From: Octopus sinensis
Lineage: Eukaryota
DNA: 48,984 nucleotides
Reading direction: 5' to 3'
Assembly: GCF_006345805.1 (NCBI RefSeq)
Contig: NW_021834372.1
Location: forward strand, 1-48,984
Of the stretch, positions 1-12,072 are shown piece by piece. Under the pieces are notes generated by a model, which did not search any database, was not told where the DNA came from, and saw only the letters and a program-made list of their open reading frames with translations. The translations under genes and the position numbers were made by a program. Positions within the stretch are counted from its first letter, which is position 1; every line of letters begins with the position of its first letter.

Positions 1-85
1 AACTTCATATTAATTAAACACAAAATTTTTTAAATATATAACTTCTACATATCCCATTCCTTAAATTTCTTGAATTTCAATTTAA

Positions 86-306
86 CCCTTTCATTACTGT
101 ATTTCTGTTGAGATGCTCTGTGTTTCTTTCAATTACTTTAAATATAACAAAGAATTCAGTAAATTAACTCCGTTATCATTAAGCTAGTGTTAGTAACATA
201 AATTTTATCTAAGATTTGGTGGAAGATTTGAATTCAAAACTTATGAAAACAAGACAGTTATACTAAAGAGCTAGAGCTGGTTTCAGCCAGGTTGGTAACG
301 AAAGGG
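86..306 (+). mobile_element. piggyBac-like MITE (221 bp), copy 1
   Basis: TTAA at 82-85 and 307-310; ends CCCTTTC..TAC / GTAACGAAAGGG. Confidence 0.85.
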
Positions 307-337
307 TTAAGAATTGTTTCTCTATTATATATTTTAA

Positions 338-558
338 CCCTTTTGTTACCCTATTTCTGTTGAGAAGCTCTGTGTTTCTTTCAATTACTTTAAATATAAC
401 AAAGAATTCAGTAAATTAACTTCGTTATCATTAAGCTAGTGTTAGTAACATAAATTTTATCTAAGATTTGGTGGAAGATTTGAATTCAAAACTTATGAAA
501 ACAAGACATTTATACTAAAGAGCCAGAGCCGGTTTCAGCCAGGTTGGTAACGAAAGGG
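338..558 (+). mobile_element. piggyBac-like MITE, copy 2 (tandem with copy 1)
   Basis: TTAA at 334-337 and 559-562; highly similar to copy 1. Confidence 0.85.
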
Positions 559-678
559 TTAAAATGTTATTAAACCTGCTTTGAATTCCCACAAAATGAT
601 TATCTCCCTTTTAATAGCCTTGACCACAAGAGGGACCACTTGTGTTTCATTTAGCTGTTCTTACCTTTTCGTACTTAC

Positions 679-772
679 CTTTTCGTACTTTACAATTAGT
701 TTCCCCTGCATTGCTCCTATTTATGTTAATACAGTCATATTCTTCATCAGTAAGCATCTTTGTTAGGACAAT
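679..772 (-). CDS. Coding exon F (phase 0 to 1): IVLTKMLTDEEYDCININRSNAGETNCKVRK
   Basis: Acceptor catttttcag, donor AAG|gtaagt; 94 nt; the gene continues beyond the left edge. Confidence 0.8.
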
Positions 773-886
773 CTGAAAAATGATTTTTAAAAATGGTTTT
801 CAAGTTGATTAGTTTTATGACATATTTAACCCTTTCACTACAGTATTTATTTTGAGATGCTCTGTGTTTCTTTCAATTATTTTAAA

Positions 887-2091
887 CTAGCAGTATCGCC
901 CGACGTTGCTCGGGTTTGTAAGGGAAATAACTATATAAGCATTTTTAGAGAGTTATAACCAAAAAATAGCAAAAAAATGCATTAAAAATGGAAAAAAAAA
1001 TGATGGTAAATTTTTTTTTAAATCGTAGACTCATCGTAGACATTTTTAGAGAGTTACTTCCCTTATATAATAGCGAAAAAATGCATTAAAAATGGGAAAA
1101 AAATGATGGTAAATTTTTTTTAAAATCATTGACTCATTGTAGATATTTTTAGAGAGTTACTTCCCTTATATAATAGCGAAAAAATGCATTAAAATAGAAA
1201 AAAAATGATGGTAAATTTTTTTTTCAATCGTTGACTCATTGTAGACATTTTTAGAGAGTTACTTCCCTTATATAATAGCGAAAAAATGCATTAGAATGAA
1301 AAAAAAAAATGGTAAATTTTTTTTAAATCGTTGACTCATCGTAGACAATTTTAGAGAGTTACTTCCCTTATATAATAGTGAAAAAATGCATTAAAATGGA
1401 AAAAAATGATGGTAAATTTTTTTTTAAATCGTAGACTCATCGTAGTCGCACGCTAATACCCAGAAGGGCTCGATATGAATCACGACTATAAGATACTTTG
1501 GTTAAACTGCACTGCAAAATGTGGGAGTAGTTAGGAATCTAAATCGTAGGAGACAGACACACAACCTTACTTTTATATATAAAGACTAGCAGTATCGCCC
1601 GGCGTTGCTCGGGTTTGTAAGGGAAATAACTATATAAGCATTTCTAGAGAGTTACTTCCCTTATAAATTCGGGCTTTCTTAGCCATTTTTGTTTTGGTAT
1701 CTTCAAGCCATGAAGTCGTTGTTCTAAAAGAACGCTGGTTTCCTTCACAACGCATTACGACGTTGATTTCTTTACACTCCCTTCCCCACAGCTCCACGAG
1801 GGAGGGAAGGGGGAGAAGCAAACAGGTGCAGCTGTGAGCGTGGACGCCAACTCCGCCGCCATCAACACACGATGCATTTTATGCATTAAAATGGAATAAA
1901 AAATGATGTTAAATTATTATTAAAATCGTAGACTCATCGTTGACGCGCGCTAATAGTCAGACGGGCTCAATATGAATCACGACTATAAGATACCCGAATT
2001 TGGTTAAACTGCACCGCAAAATGTGGGAGGAGTTAGGAATCTAAATAGAAGGGGGCAGACACTCACACAACTAGAGTTTTATATATATAGA
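887..2091 (-). mobile_element. Non-autonomous Helitron, head-to-tail dimer (1586-2091 and 887-1585)
   Basis: Minus strand reads A|TC...hairpin cccgagcaacg(t/c)cggg...CTAG|T; no TSD; internal CTAG|TC junction at 1586/1585. Confidence 0.85.
945..1445. repeat. ~120-bp tandem repeat (about 4-5 units) inside the Helitron
   Basis: Recurring gagagttacttcccttatataatagcgaaaaaatgcattaaaat...gactcatcgtaga. Confidence 0.85.
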
Positions 2092-2574
2092 TATAACAAA
2101 GAATTTAGTAAAATAACTTAGTTATCATTAAGCTAGTGTTAGGAACATAATTTGTGACTAAGGTTTGGTGGAAGATTTTAATTTAAAACTTATGAAAACA
2201 AGGCATTTGTACTATAGAGCCAGAGGGGGTTTCAGCCAGGTTGGTAACAAAAGGGTTAAATTAATATAAACATCTACGTTGATCGATGAGGGTGGTCAGG
2301 TGGCTTTATGCCAAGGCTAAAGTATGATAGAGGGACAAGCACAGGTTTCTTGCTACAGACGGGGAAACATGGCTACCACACATATTGGGGTGGTTGGGAG
2401 GGGCTAAATGTGATAGAGATGCTGTGCCAGGTAAGACTCTTAGGGGACAGGGGATACAGACTGTGGGTTATGGGAGGAAAGGAGTGAGTGGGGTCTTTTG
2501 TAAGTGTGTGAGGGGAGAGTAACACAGATGGTTAGAAATGGGTCTCTCTCCTTCCCCCTCTCTCTCTCACCACA

Positions 2575-2626
2575 TGTATGTGTATATATGTATATATATA
2601 TATGCATGTATTTATGTATGTATGTG

Positions 2627-2694
<68 letters not shown>

Positions 2695-2725
2695 ATATGT
2701 GTGTGTGTGTATATATATATATGTA

Positions 2726-2781
<56 letters not shown>

Positions 2782-2796
2782 TACATATATACATTT

Positions 2797-2862
<66 letters not shown>
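2575..2862. repeat. (TA)n/(TG)n microsatellite, representative of many (e.g. 11386-11548, 18875-18942, 19145-19400, 33000-33760, 42700-43030)
   Basis: Direct reading. Confidence 0.95.
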
Positions 2863-3858
2863 GATACTAACCTGAATAGTGTAGATTTTTTAGACGTAAA
2901 TTTTAATGTAAGGTTGGATAGATTTAAACCTTTCCGTAAGCCCAATGAAAAGCTATTGTATATTAGCAAAGATTCGAACCATCCGCCAGTTATCCTTAGG
3001 AACTTAGTCAGCAATGTAGGTAGGAGAATATCTTCAATTTCTTCGGATGAGGCAGCATTCCATAATGCTGCACCTTATTACGATAGCGCATTAAGGAATA
3101 GTGGATTCTCTGAGAAGATCCAGTACAACCAGCTTAATGCTGATAATAATGCTGCGCGAAGAACTAGGACCAGGAAAGTTTTTTGGTTCAACCCGGCTTT
3201 CAATTTGGCCATAAAGACTAATATAGGTAAGGAATTTTTGAAATTAGTCTCTAGGCATTTTAAGCAGGACCATAAATTCTATAGGAAATTTAATAGAAGA
3301 ACCCTGAAGGTTAGCTATTCTTGTTGCAGAAATTTCGCCTCTTACATTAGCCAGCATAATAGGAATCTAATTGATATTAAACATGGTGCCAAGCCCATTA
3401 AGAAATGCAATTGCAAAAATGAATCCTCCTGTCCGTTAGAAGGGAAATGTCTAGTAAAAGGAGTAGTTTATAGAGCGAAGGTACAAATAGAAGGCTCATC
3501 GGAATACAAGACATATACAGGGGCTTCAGAAAACACGTTTAAAACGCGATTTTATTCACATAAAAATTCATTTAGATACCCAGAAAATAGGAAGAGGACC
3601 AGCCTAGCAAAATATGTCTGGGAACTAAAAGAAAAGGAAACCCCACCTTTCAACGTGACATGGAGCATTCTGGACAGAGCGGCACCATACAGGCATGGAG
3701 CACACAAGAATAATTTCAAATGCAATCTTTGCCTGTTAGAAAAACTCTATATTTTATTCAAAGACAATAATTCTTTGAATCAAAGAAATGAGCTGATGAG
3801 CTTATGCAGGCACGCAGCCAAATTTAAAATGTCAAACATAAATATGCCATATGGATAG
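2863..3858 (+). CDS. PLE RT-thumb plus GIY-YIG endonuclease, N-terminally truncated
   Basis: Non-repetitive part of ORF 2578..3858; its YIYI N-terminus is microsatellite. Confidence 0.85.
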   Translation, partial: DTNLNSVDFLDVNFNVRLDRFKPFRKPNEKLLYISKDSNHPPVILRNLVSNVGRRISSISSDEAAFHNAAPYYDSALRNSGFSEKIQYNQLNADNNAARRTRTRKVFWFNPAFNLAIKTNIGKEFLKLVSRHFKQDHKFYRKFNRRTLKVSYSCCRNFASYISQHNRNLIDIKHGAKPIKKCNCKNESSCPLEGKCLVKGVVYRAKVQIEGSSEYKTYTGASENTFKTRFYSHKNSFRYPENRKRTSLAKYVWELKEKETPPFNVTWSILDRAAPYRHGAHKNNFKCNLCLLEKLYILFKDNNSLNQRNELMSLCRHAAKFKMSNINMPYG

Positions 3859-4148
3859 AGTATATAAATTTGTCTTTTTGTATTTTTGATTTTGAAATTT
3901 TGATTTTGATTCTTGGACTAGTATGTAAACGCAACGATGGATTTGTTTCGCGCTATGCAGATTCCATTCCGTATAGCAAAGTCTCTTCTCCTTTATTAGT
4001 TTTCTGCTTATTCCTTCTCTTCCTATAGGCTAACTTTGACTTTATATCTACTAATAGTTCTTTTTTTAAATTAACAGCGTTCCGTTCATCACTATACACA
4101 GTTATCACATTCTTTTAAAATGTCTTATTGATGTGTTTGGTTTCTATC

Positions 4149-4236
4149 TTTCTCTGATGAGAAGATTCCATTGTTTTACACCATTGTATTCCTTTTGGAA
4201 TAATACCAATGTTGTCTTCGAAACATATGTTAGAAG
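4149..4236 (+). ncRNA. Type I hammerhead ribozyme
   Basis: Stem I TTTCT/AGAAG, CTGATGA, stem II GAAGAT/GTCTTC, GAAAC-ATAT-GTT. Confidence 0.75.
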
Positions 4237-4529
4237 TAAAAGAATTTGAATAACACCTGCATTTAACTCCATCTATTTAATTATATATATTATACAAAAT
4301 ATTTCACATCAACTCGGAGTGTCTACCTTTACATATATATATATATTACAACAAAATTTGATATAGAGTTACCCAAGGTTTTGCACCCGCAAAGCCAAAG
4401 TTTTGTGGACAGCTTGTCAGTCTCTATATGAATACAAAATTTTAAAATGTCTATGTCACAAATATGAGACAATACTCAGAACTTGAAGAATACGAAAAAG
4501 CGTTAATGAGGATGGGTTATTTCTCCTTA

Positions 4530-5140
4530 ATGTGTAGCAGTGGTACCAGGGGTTTTGGTGATGTTCTCTTTGATGCTTGTCCTGGCTTGGTTATTATCTC
4601 TGGGCATGGCAGCTGTATTGGCATGAGATCTGGTTAATCTGCTAATAATATTAATGTTTGATGCTACATTACTGGTATAATGGACATTAGGTCTAGGTAT
4701 CACCGTAGCTTCATGGATGACTCCTTCAGCCTGACATTGGCCTCCCACTGGACAGTTATTACATAACCTGCAAGAACAACCTGCCTCCTCCTTTGTATTG
4801 TGGGTACTTGTTGAAATGTTTTTTATGTTAGGTGCATCACTAAAGGAGACTTTTAGGTTGCGCCTGTTAAATAATTGCCTGTATCTATGTGTGTGTGTGA
4901 AATGTTTGTCAGTTAATCTAAGGAAAATCCTTCACACATGCTTGCCTAAAACCATTTGGCTGGGAAGCAAACTTCCCCTTTCAGCCTCGTAGCAGTCTCC
5001 TCCTAGACAGTTATCACATATCCTGTGAAAGCAACCTGCTTCCTCCCTTGCATTTTTGCTACTTGATAAAATGTTTTTATGTGAGGTGCACAACCAAAGG
5101 AAACTCTTAGGTTGTGCCTGTTAAACAACTGCCTCCATCT

Positions 5141-5181
<41 letters not shown>

Positions 5182-5215
5182 GTTTCTCTATGAATCTAAG
5201 GAAAATCCTTCCTAC
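4530..5215 (-). mobile_element. Degenerate PLE fragment, second family, with a partial tandem duplicate (~5000-5215)
   Basis: Translates RIFLRLTDKHF..FNRRNLKVSFS..CSCRLCNNCPVGGQCQAEGVIHEATV, homologous to the 2863 element. Confidence 0.7.
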
Positions 5216-5881
5216 GCAAGTCTTGATGTTGAGTGAGAAGGGTGGAGTAAACCAAATGAAATTTGCGTGGTGCTTCGTTTTCTGAGCGCTAGGGCCAGGT
5301 ATTAAGGAGATGTGGTTCTTAAACCTTCATTCGAACAAAACAACTTTTAGACCCATTCTATATAAACTCAGATATATAAACTCAGTACTAATTCAGTCAG
5401 TATCAATATCATAACCACTAAATTTTTGCTAGTTTATTTTGTCTCTTTGTCTTCTCTCCTGGTGCTATATGAACATTTAATGTGGTCTTAGAGTCAAGTT
5501 GCGACTGCTATTTTCAGCATGGTGGTATCTCTTTAATATATATATATATCTTATAATTAAGGGCTAAAGAAGATTATTCTAAAGCCAATACACTGATTTA
5601 TCCACTTATAATCCACTTGTTACAGGAAAATTGAACTGAAAACGGGCAACTAACCTTTAGAAAATTTAAATTTCGTTACCTCTATATTGAATCAATTTCG
5701 GAATTAATCCTATAAAGGATACATTCTTCGTCAGTAGAGCTTACGAGGAAATATAAATAAAATACTCACATGCGATTATGGAAGAAGCAGGAGCTAAAAA
5801 CATAACTACATTTAAGTACATCAAATAGGACTTCATCCTATATTGTTAGTATATATATATAATGTACATTTTTTACTTTAA

Positions 5882-6096
5882 CCCTTTCGTTACCGTATTT
5901 ATTCTGAGATGCTCTGTGTTCCTTTCAATTACTTTAAATATAACAAAGAATTTAGTAAAACAACTTAGTTATCATTAACTTAGTTAACATAAATTGTGAC
6001 TAAGGTTTGGTGCAAGATTTTAATTCAGAACTTATGAAATGAAGACATTTGTACTCAGAGCCAGAGCCGGTTTCAGCCAGGTTGGTAATGAAATGG
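5882..6096 (+). mobile_element. piggyBac-like MITE, copy 4
   Basis: TTAA at 5878-5881 and 6097-6100; same internal sequence as copies 1-3. Confidence 0.8.
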
Positions 6097-6180
6097 TTAA
6101 CAATAACTATGACAAAGGAAGGAAGGAAGGAAGAAATGAAAGAAAAGCAAACACAAATTTAAGAAGGTGAAAATACTTAC

Positions 6181-6413
6181 CTTGGATATGTGAATGGATT
6201 GGTAAATGGACATGGATTTTATTTCCACCTCACTGATGCTTTTATATGGAATATTGATAACAGAGGATAGTTTGTGGACGTAAGCTAACTTTCTGAATTT
6301 TACAGTTTGTGAAGTGTTTTTTTCACTCCCAATCACTCCAATAGATGCAGACATAATGAATTCACGATATATTTGCATGGGTTGATAGGTTAATTCTATT
6401 TTCCACATGGAAT
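6181..6413 (-). CDS. Coding exon E (phase 1 to 0): SMWKIELTYQPMQIYREF...SIHISK
   Basis: Acceptor ttcttctttcttctttag, donor AAG|gtaagt; 233 nt = 2 + 77 codons. Confidence 0.85.
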
Positions 6414-7189
6414 CTAAAGAAGAAAGAAGAAAATAATTAAAGGAAAAATAACAATAGCAAACGTGGTGTAGTGGCTGTAATTCATTAACAAAAATATGTC
6501 CAGCAATCAAAAAGTAAAAATGGGGAATTACTTGACATTTTGAGATTTGAGTTATTCCTCAACAGTAAATGATTTTGTTAACATTAACCTTTAATCTTTT
6601 ATTTTGTTTCTATCATTAGACTGTGGCCATGCTGGGGCACCACCTTCAAGAATTTTTAGTTGAATGAATCAACCCCTGTACTTATTTTGTTTTTCAAAGT
6701 GTCTTTTGCTGAACTGCTAAGTTACAGGATGTAAACACACCAACACTGGATTGCAAGCAGTGGTGGAGGACAAACACAAACATAAAGATACACACCCACA
6801 CATGGCAGGATTCTCTCAGTTTCCACCTAGCAAATCCACTCACAAATCTTTGGTCAGCTCAAGGCTATCGTAGAAGACACTGGCCGAAGGTGCTACACAC
6901 AGAGTTTGAACTCAGAACCATGTGGTTGGCAATAAGAAAACTTCTTATCATACAGCCACACCTGCACCTAGCCTTTGCTTTTTCTTACCATATTTCTGTT
7001 AAAATCTGATTTGTTTCAATTAAATTTGAAAATAATGAACAATTTATTAAATAATTTAGCTATTATTAATCTGGTATTTGGAATATAAATTAAGATGCAA
7101 TTTCAATGAAAGGTTTTCTTTAAGGTAAATTCAACCCTTTCCATACCAAACCCACCTGAAACCGTGTCTGGTTCTACGACACAAACTTG

Positions 7190-7672
7190 CTGCTTCGTCT
7201 TCATAATCTGGTCGAGTTTGCTCGGACACTTTTAACCTGTACATGCCATCCCCCTCAGTCCGGCATTAGTTGAGGGAGGTCTTCAGGGGGGCATCCAGTG
7301 TCTCTGATGAGTTGGTCTACATATGTTGTGTTTGGTTGACCAGCTTGAGTACAGCCATGCTCTCATGTCCATAGCAGTAGGTCACTTGCCACCTCTTCTA
7401 TAGCTCTCCAGCAATGTCCTTCAAAGTGTGTCTTACCCTTATAATATTGGAAGCAAGCAGCAGATCTCTATTCAGCTGTTTCTTGATCAGATGAGTCCTC
7501 CAAGATATGTTTAAGACTTCTCTTTACATTTGGGTGTAAGTTCCATCTTGCTGGGATTCCAGTGTTTTGGTAAGTGTCCAGGCTGTTGATCCATAAAAGA
7601 ACTGACTCTACCATTGTATGGAAACAAAATTCTTCTTCAGGTTGTCTGTCAGGACTGATTTCCAACATCCAT
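7190..7672 (-). mobile_element. Degenerate RTE-clade LINE 3' fragment
   Basis: Frameshifted VESVLL..WTL..LDGTY-type motifs matching 33761-34267. Confidence 0.6.
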
Positions 7673-7751
7673 GTTGATCAGGGCTGACCATGCTTTGGCT
7701 GTCCAAATTTTACATTCTTGTCAGCTGACTTGCATCAACTTACTGTTTTAA

Positions 7752-7900
7752 CCCTTTAGTGTTCGCATTATTCTGCCACAATTAATGCTTTTTTATCCTA
7801 ATTGTTTTGAACTAATCATGCATTATCTTGTAGCTATGAGATTTTGATGAGGTAGCTGTTAATTTTTAAAATGATATTGTAGGGTTGGTGTGAGAGACCA
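7752..7900 (+). mobile_element. Fragment of a second TTAA-MITE family (related copy ~22368-22510)
   Basis: TTAA-CCCTTTAG start; shared ...tcttgtagct...gatt... core. Confidence 0.45.
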
Positions 7901-8362
7901 ACTGGGAAAATATCGGTAGACATTATAACAAAGTTTAGGAATCAAGCCAAAATAGCTCTGGTCAGTATTACCAAACATAGTATTATTATTCACCAGTGGC
8001 TGTGGGTTTTGAACTTAAACATTCCAGGTTCAAATTTCAGGGAGGTTAACTGTATGGCACTTTGGGTAAGTGTCTTTTAGTATAGCCCCTGGCTGAGCCA
8101 AGCTTTGTGAGTGGATTTGATAGACTGCAACTAGAAGCAGCCTGTGATAGGCATACACACACACATATATCCCTCTCTCTCTTTCGGAGAGGCACAAGCA
8201 CCTACACACACATATACACACACGGCAGTAACTTCCGCCTACTGAATTGAATCACAAAGCTTCGGTCGGGTCGGGGGGGGGGGGCTATAGCGGAAGACAC
8301 CTGCCCAAAATGCCACGCAGTGGGACTGAACCCGAAACCATGTAGCTAGGAAGCAAGCTCCC

Positions 8363-8397
<35 letters not shown>

Positions 8398-8644
8398 ATG
8401 AATATATGAGTGTCTATGCGTGAGCGTGTGTGTGTATGAGTGAGTGTGTGTGTATTAGTGTGTGTGTATGAATGTGAGTGTGTGTGTGTGGGGGGGTGTT
8501 TGTGTGTATGAATGAGTATGCGTGTGCTTGTGTGTGTGTGTGTATGAGATTAAATGCTTCCAGCCATAGAAAACCTGCTTCAATGAATTTCTTCTGATCC
8601 ATGCTAAATGGAAATGAGATAAGAAATATCTTTTATGAACTTAC

Positions 8645-8729
8645 CATTTGTCAACAAGCATCTAAGCCTAGGATACTCAGTGGCTACACAGGAATATATT
8701 TTGGAATTTTCCATATTCTTCAGTTTTAC
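8645..8729 (-). CDS. Coding exon D (phase 0 to 1): VKLKNMENSKIYSCVATEYPRLRCLLTN
   Basis: Long polypyrimidine tract + ag, donor G|gtaagt; 85 nt. Confidence 0.85.
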
Positions 8730-8964
8730 CTAAAAGTAAAAGAAAAAAAGGGGAAAAGAGATGATTATGTCTCCAGGAATTACATGGGTTTTGAACAGGG
8801 GTCACTTAGTTCTGGATCCAGTAATTATACAGATGAGAAATACCTAACTTATCTGTCCACTCAGCAATTTTATCTCTCCTTCAACTGAAATCTTCTTTCA
8901 AATATTGATAGCTTTATAAATAGTCACGCAATACCATGTTTACAGGAGCTCAGCTGTTCAAATA

Positions 8965-9632
8965 TAGGGTGCATTGCAGAAGTTTTGAGACTTTTTCAGG
9001 AGAGACATTTCTTAATTCTAAAGAAATACAAAACTCTAATCTCCTTCAAAGCAGGATCCTTGGACTTCAATGTGCTTGTTGTAGTGTTCCAACTGCTTAA
9101 TGAAGGCCCCATGGAAGTGCTTTAAAGAGAAGGTGTCCAGGATCCTTGTCATAGACTCCTTCATCTTTTCAATATCTTCAAAATCATTGCCCCTGAGGTT
9201 CTCCTTCAGCTTGGGAGACAAGCAAATGTTAGAGAGAGCCAGGTCTGGACTTTAGGGAGGGTGAGGGACGGCTTTGATGGCCATTTCTGTTAAGTAGTTG
9301 GTTACCAAAATGGAATTGTGGACAGAGGCATTGCTCTGGTGCAGGGGCCACTGACCTGAGTGGAAGAGCCTTGAACTTTTGCAATGAAATCTCTTCTGGA
9401 ACTCCCTGAAAAGGTCAACAAAGTACACTTTGTTGACAGTTTGGCCAAAGGGAACTGCTTGGATGTAGATGATGCCTTTGTTGTTGGAAAAAGGGTTTCA
9501 ACATGAGCTTTCCATTGGACATTCTTTGGCTGGCCTTCTTGGGTCTGGGGAAGATAGGATGCTTCCACTGAGCACTCTATCTTTTGATCTCTGGATCATA
9601 ACAGTAGATCCAGCTTTCCTCATGGATCACCA
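8965..9632 (-). mobile_element. Mariner transposase relic
   Basis: PHPP*SPDLA...LSPKLKENLRG..F..IE.MK...FEGD C-terminus; degraded GDE.W..YDP-like region upstream. Confidence 0.75.
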
Positions 9633-11120
9633 ATGGCTCAAGTACTGTCATCATCATCACCACCACCACCACCACCACTGACATCATCATTTTAGTGTCC
9701 TCTGCACCGCTGGATTAGTGTGGCCCCTAAGGGACACATAACCCACCCCTAAAATAATCAGTGAATACTAAGAGACAATAAACATGAAGATGTTAAATGT
9801 AAAGTAAATTTGAAAATTGCTTTTACACTCGTTAACTGAGAAATTAAATGAGGAGAACAAGATTCCTTATTAATTAAACTTATATTAATAAACTAATGTA
9901 TTAATTAACAAAAATTTAATGTTATTTAGATATCTGTAGAAGACACCCTTCTTTGAAGTTTGAACCTGGAATCTTTTACTTGTTTCAGTCATTGTGCTGT
10001 GGCCATGCTGGGGCACTGACTTGAACTGTTTTAGTCAAACAAATCAACTCCTGTGCATATTTTCTGTTTAACTCCCATGCTTATGCTATTGTTCTCCTTT
10101 GCCAAACTGCTAAGTTATGTGAATGTAAACAAACCAACACCAGGGGTGAATACAAACACAAAGACATACAAATATATACATCTATCTATCTGTCTATCTC
10201 TCTCTTTTTCTATCTATGTATCTATTTATTCATACACACACACACACACACACATACACACACACACACGTACCTCTACATATATATATATGTGTATGTG
10301 ATGAGCTTCTTTCAGTTTCCATCTACCGAATCCACTCACAAGGCTTCGCTTCTCCTGGGGCTTTAACAAAACACACTTGTCCAAAATGAGAAACACATGT
10401 GCTTAACATATTTGCCACTAGGTTGCTATTAGCATGTTTGCGAATACTCTTGCAAAGCACCAGGGCTCAAAACATTTAAAAGTCATGGGCAAGTGCTTTG
10501 AGAGAGTTTTCTCCACCATGACAAATCTCAGCCTAAGGCAAATACACCAGACATGTTCATTACTTTTATGGGGTTGATAATGTTTATTACGCTAGCACTG
10601 CTTCTATTTCAGATTTGAATATGTAAATATCATCTTCATCACCATCATTTGACGTTCGCTGTCCATGCCGGCATGGGTTGGACAGGTTGACAAGAACTGT
10701 TTTGGCAGAAGACTGAACCAGGATCAGTGTCTGTTTTGACAGGGTTTATATGGCTGGATGCCCTTCCTTACATGAACAACCCTGCAGAGTGTACTGAGTG
10801 CTTTTTACATGGCTCCAGGAAAGGCGAGGTGAGGTTTGGCATGTTTGTTACAGCTGGATGCCCTTCCAAATGCCAACCACTTTTCAGTGTGAACTGGATG
10901 CTTTTCACATGGCACCAGCTCTGTAAGGGTCACCATGTAACTAGCAAGACAAAGATCCTTTGAGAGGGGAGGGGGAATTGGAGGAGGAGGAGATCTTTTC
11001 TCAGATTATGAAAGGTTAGAGTTTGACAGAGAGACAGAGAGACAAAAACAGGTCTCTTGTTGAAGAGGAGGTACATGGTTACCTGGCCAGAGAGAGAGAG
11101 AGAGAGCTGGAGATGTAGTT

Positions 11121-11385
11121 ACACATCACTGGTCACAATGCGTTCGCATTGTTTTTTAGCCTTCAAATGACGCCACCCCACTGGCTAAGCGAGCAGGCCA
11201 ACAGAAGAAAGAGTGAGAGAAAGAATCGTGACAGAGTACAGCAGGGATCACCACCCCCTGCTGGAGCCTTGTGGAGCTTTTAGGTGTTTTCGCTCAATAA
11301 ATACTCACAACGCCCGGTCTGAGAATCGAAACCGCGATCCTACGACCGCGAGTCCGCTGCCCAAACCACTGGGCCATTGCGCCTC
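11121..11385 (-). mobile_element. tRNA-derived SINE (family D)
   Basis: Head GGAGGCGCAATGGCCCAGTGG (A box) ...GGTTTCGATTC (B box), followed by a non-tRNA core and tail. Confidence 0.75.
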
Positions 11386-11387
11386 CT

Positions 11388-11465
<78 letters not shown>

Positions 11466-11480
11466 TATATGTATATGTAT

Positions 11481-11511
<31 letters not shown>

Positions 11512-11866
11512 ATATATATATATATATATGTATTTATGTGTGTGTGTGTCATTGACTTTGTGTCTGATTCCCCCCCCCTCTACCACCACTTGACAACCTG
11601 TGTAGGTGTTTTTATTTCCCTGGAACTTAGTGGTTCACCAAAAGTGACTGACAGACTAAGTACCAGGCTTTGAAATAAAACAATGAGGTCAATTTGTTCA
11701 ACTAAAACCCTTCAAGACGGTGCTCCAGCATGGTCGCAGTCTAATGACTGAAACAAGTGAAAAAGAAAAGATAACTGTAGAAGCCCTGGAACCATGTAAA
11801 ATGTTGAAGTTGAGAGAAGAAGGGAAATTTCTTTCCAAATGAAAACAAAGTAAATGTTTGGTTCAC

Positions 11867-12072
11867 CTTTATATCCAACAAAAATCTTTTTCGCATGAAA
11901 AAACTTATTTCTGACCATTTATTGGATTCCATTGCAAGAAAGAATGATGCATTTGATGTTCTGGAATTTCTTTTAAATTTAATATTTAAATCAATACCAT
12001 TTCCCAAAATATAAAAAGAATCATTATTATTATGTATGTCACTACGTGTAGCTTCAAGAGTCCAGCGTGCCA
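11867..12072 (-). CDS. Coding exon C (phase 1 to 0): ARWTLEATRSDIHNNNDSFYILGNGIDLNIKF...KRFLLDIK
   Basis: Acceptor ctctctcatttctag, donor AAG|gtgaac (weaker); 206 nt = 2 + 68 codons; phases fit exons B and D. Confidence 0.75.

Larger units (their letters stand above)
830..2255 (+). mobile_element. piggyBac-like MITE, copy 3, split by a Helitron insertion
   Basis: Halves 830-886 and 2092-2255 rejoin as tttaaa|tataacaaag; TTAA on both outer ends. Confidence 0.85.
2863..4285 (+). mobile_element. Penelope-like retroelement, 5'-truncated, flanked by (TA)n
   Basis: Uninterrupted frame 2863-3858: RT end (VDFLDV, SNHPP), CxCx5Cx5C linker, GIY-YIG (VVY...YTG...FKTRFYSH); 3' region carries a hammerhead motif. 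Confidence 0.9.

Noticed and set aside
2504-2870. Long YIYI/THTH/VCVC/LSIY ORFs here and at 11.2-11.6, 15.6-16.0, 18.9-19.4, 33.1-33.8, 34.6-35.4 and 42.6-43.1 kb
   Set aside because: Translations of (TA)n, (CA)n and (TCTA)n microsatellites that lack stops in some frames; not genes
3860-4140. SECIS element downstream of the PLE ORF
   Set aside because: No in-frame TGA in the ORF and no convincing AUGA/AA/GA stem by eye
5688-5740. Hammerhead-like CTGACGA motifs here and at 43050-43075 (minus strand)
   Set aside because: Stem I/III or the GAAA box could not be formed; at most decayed remnants
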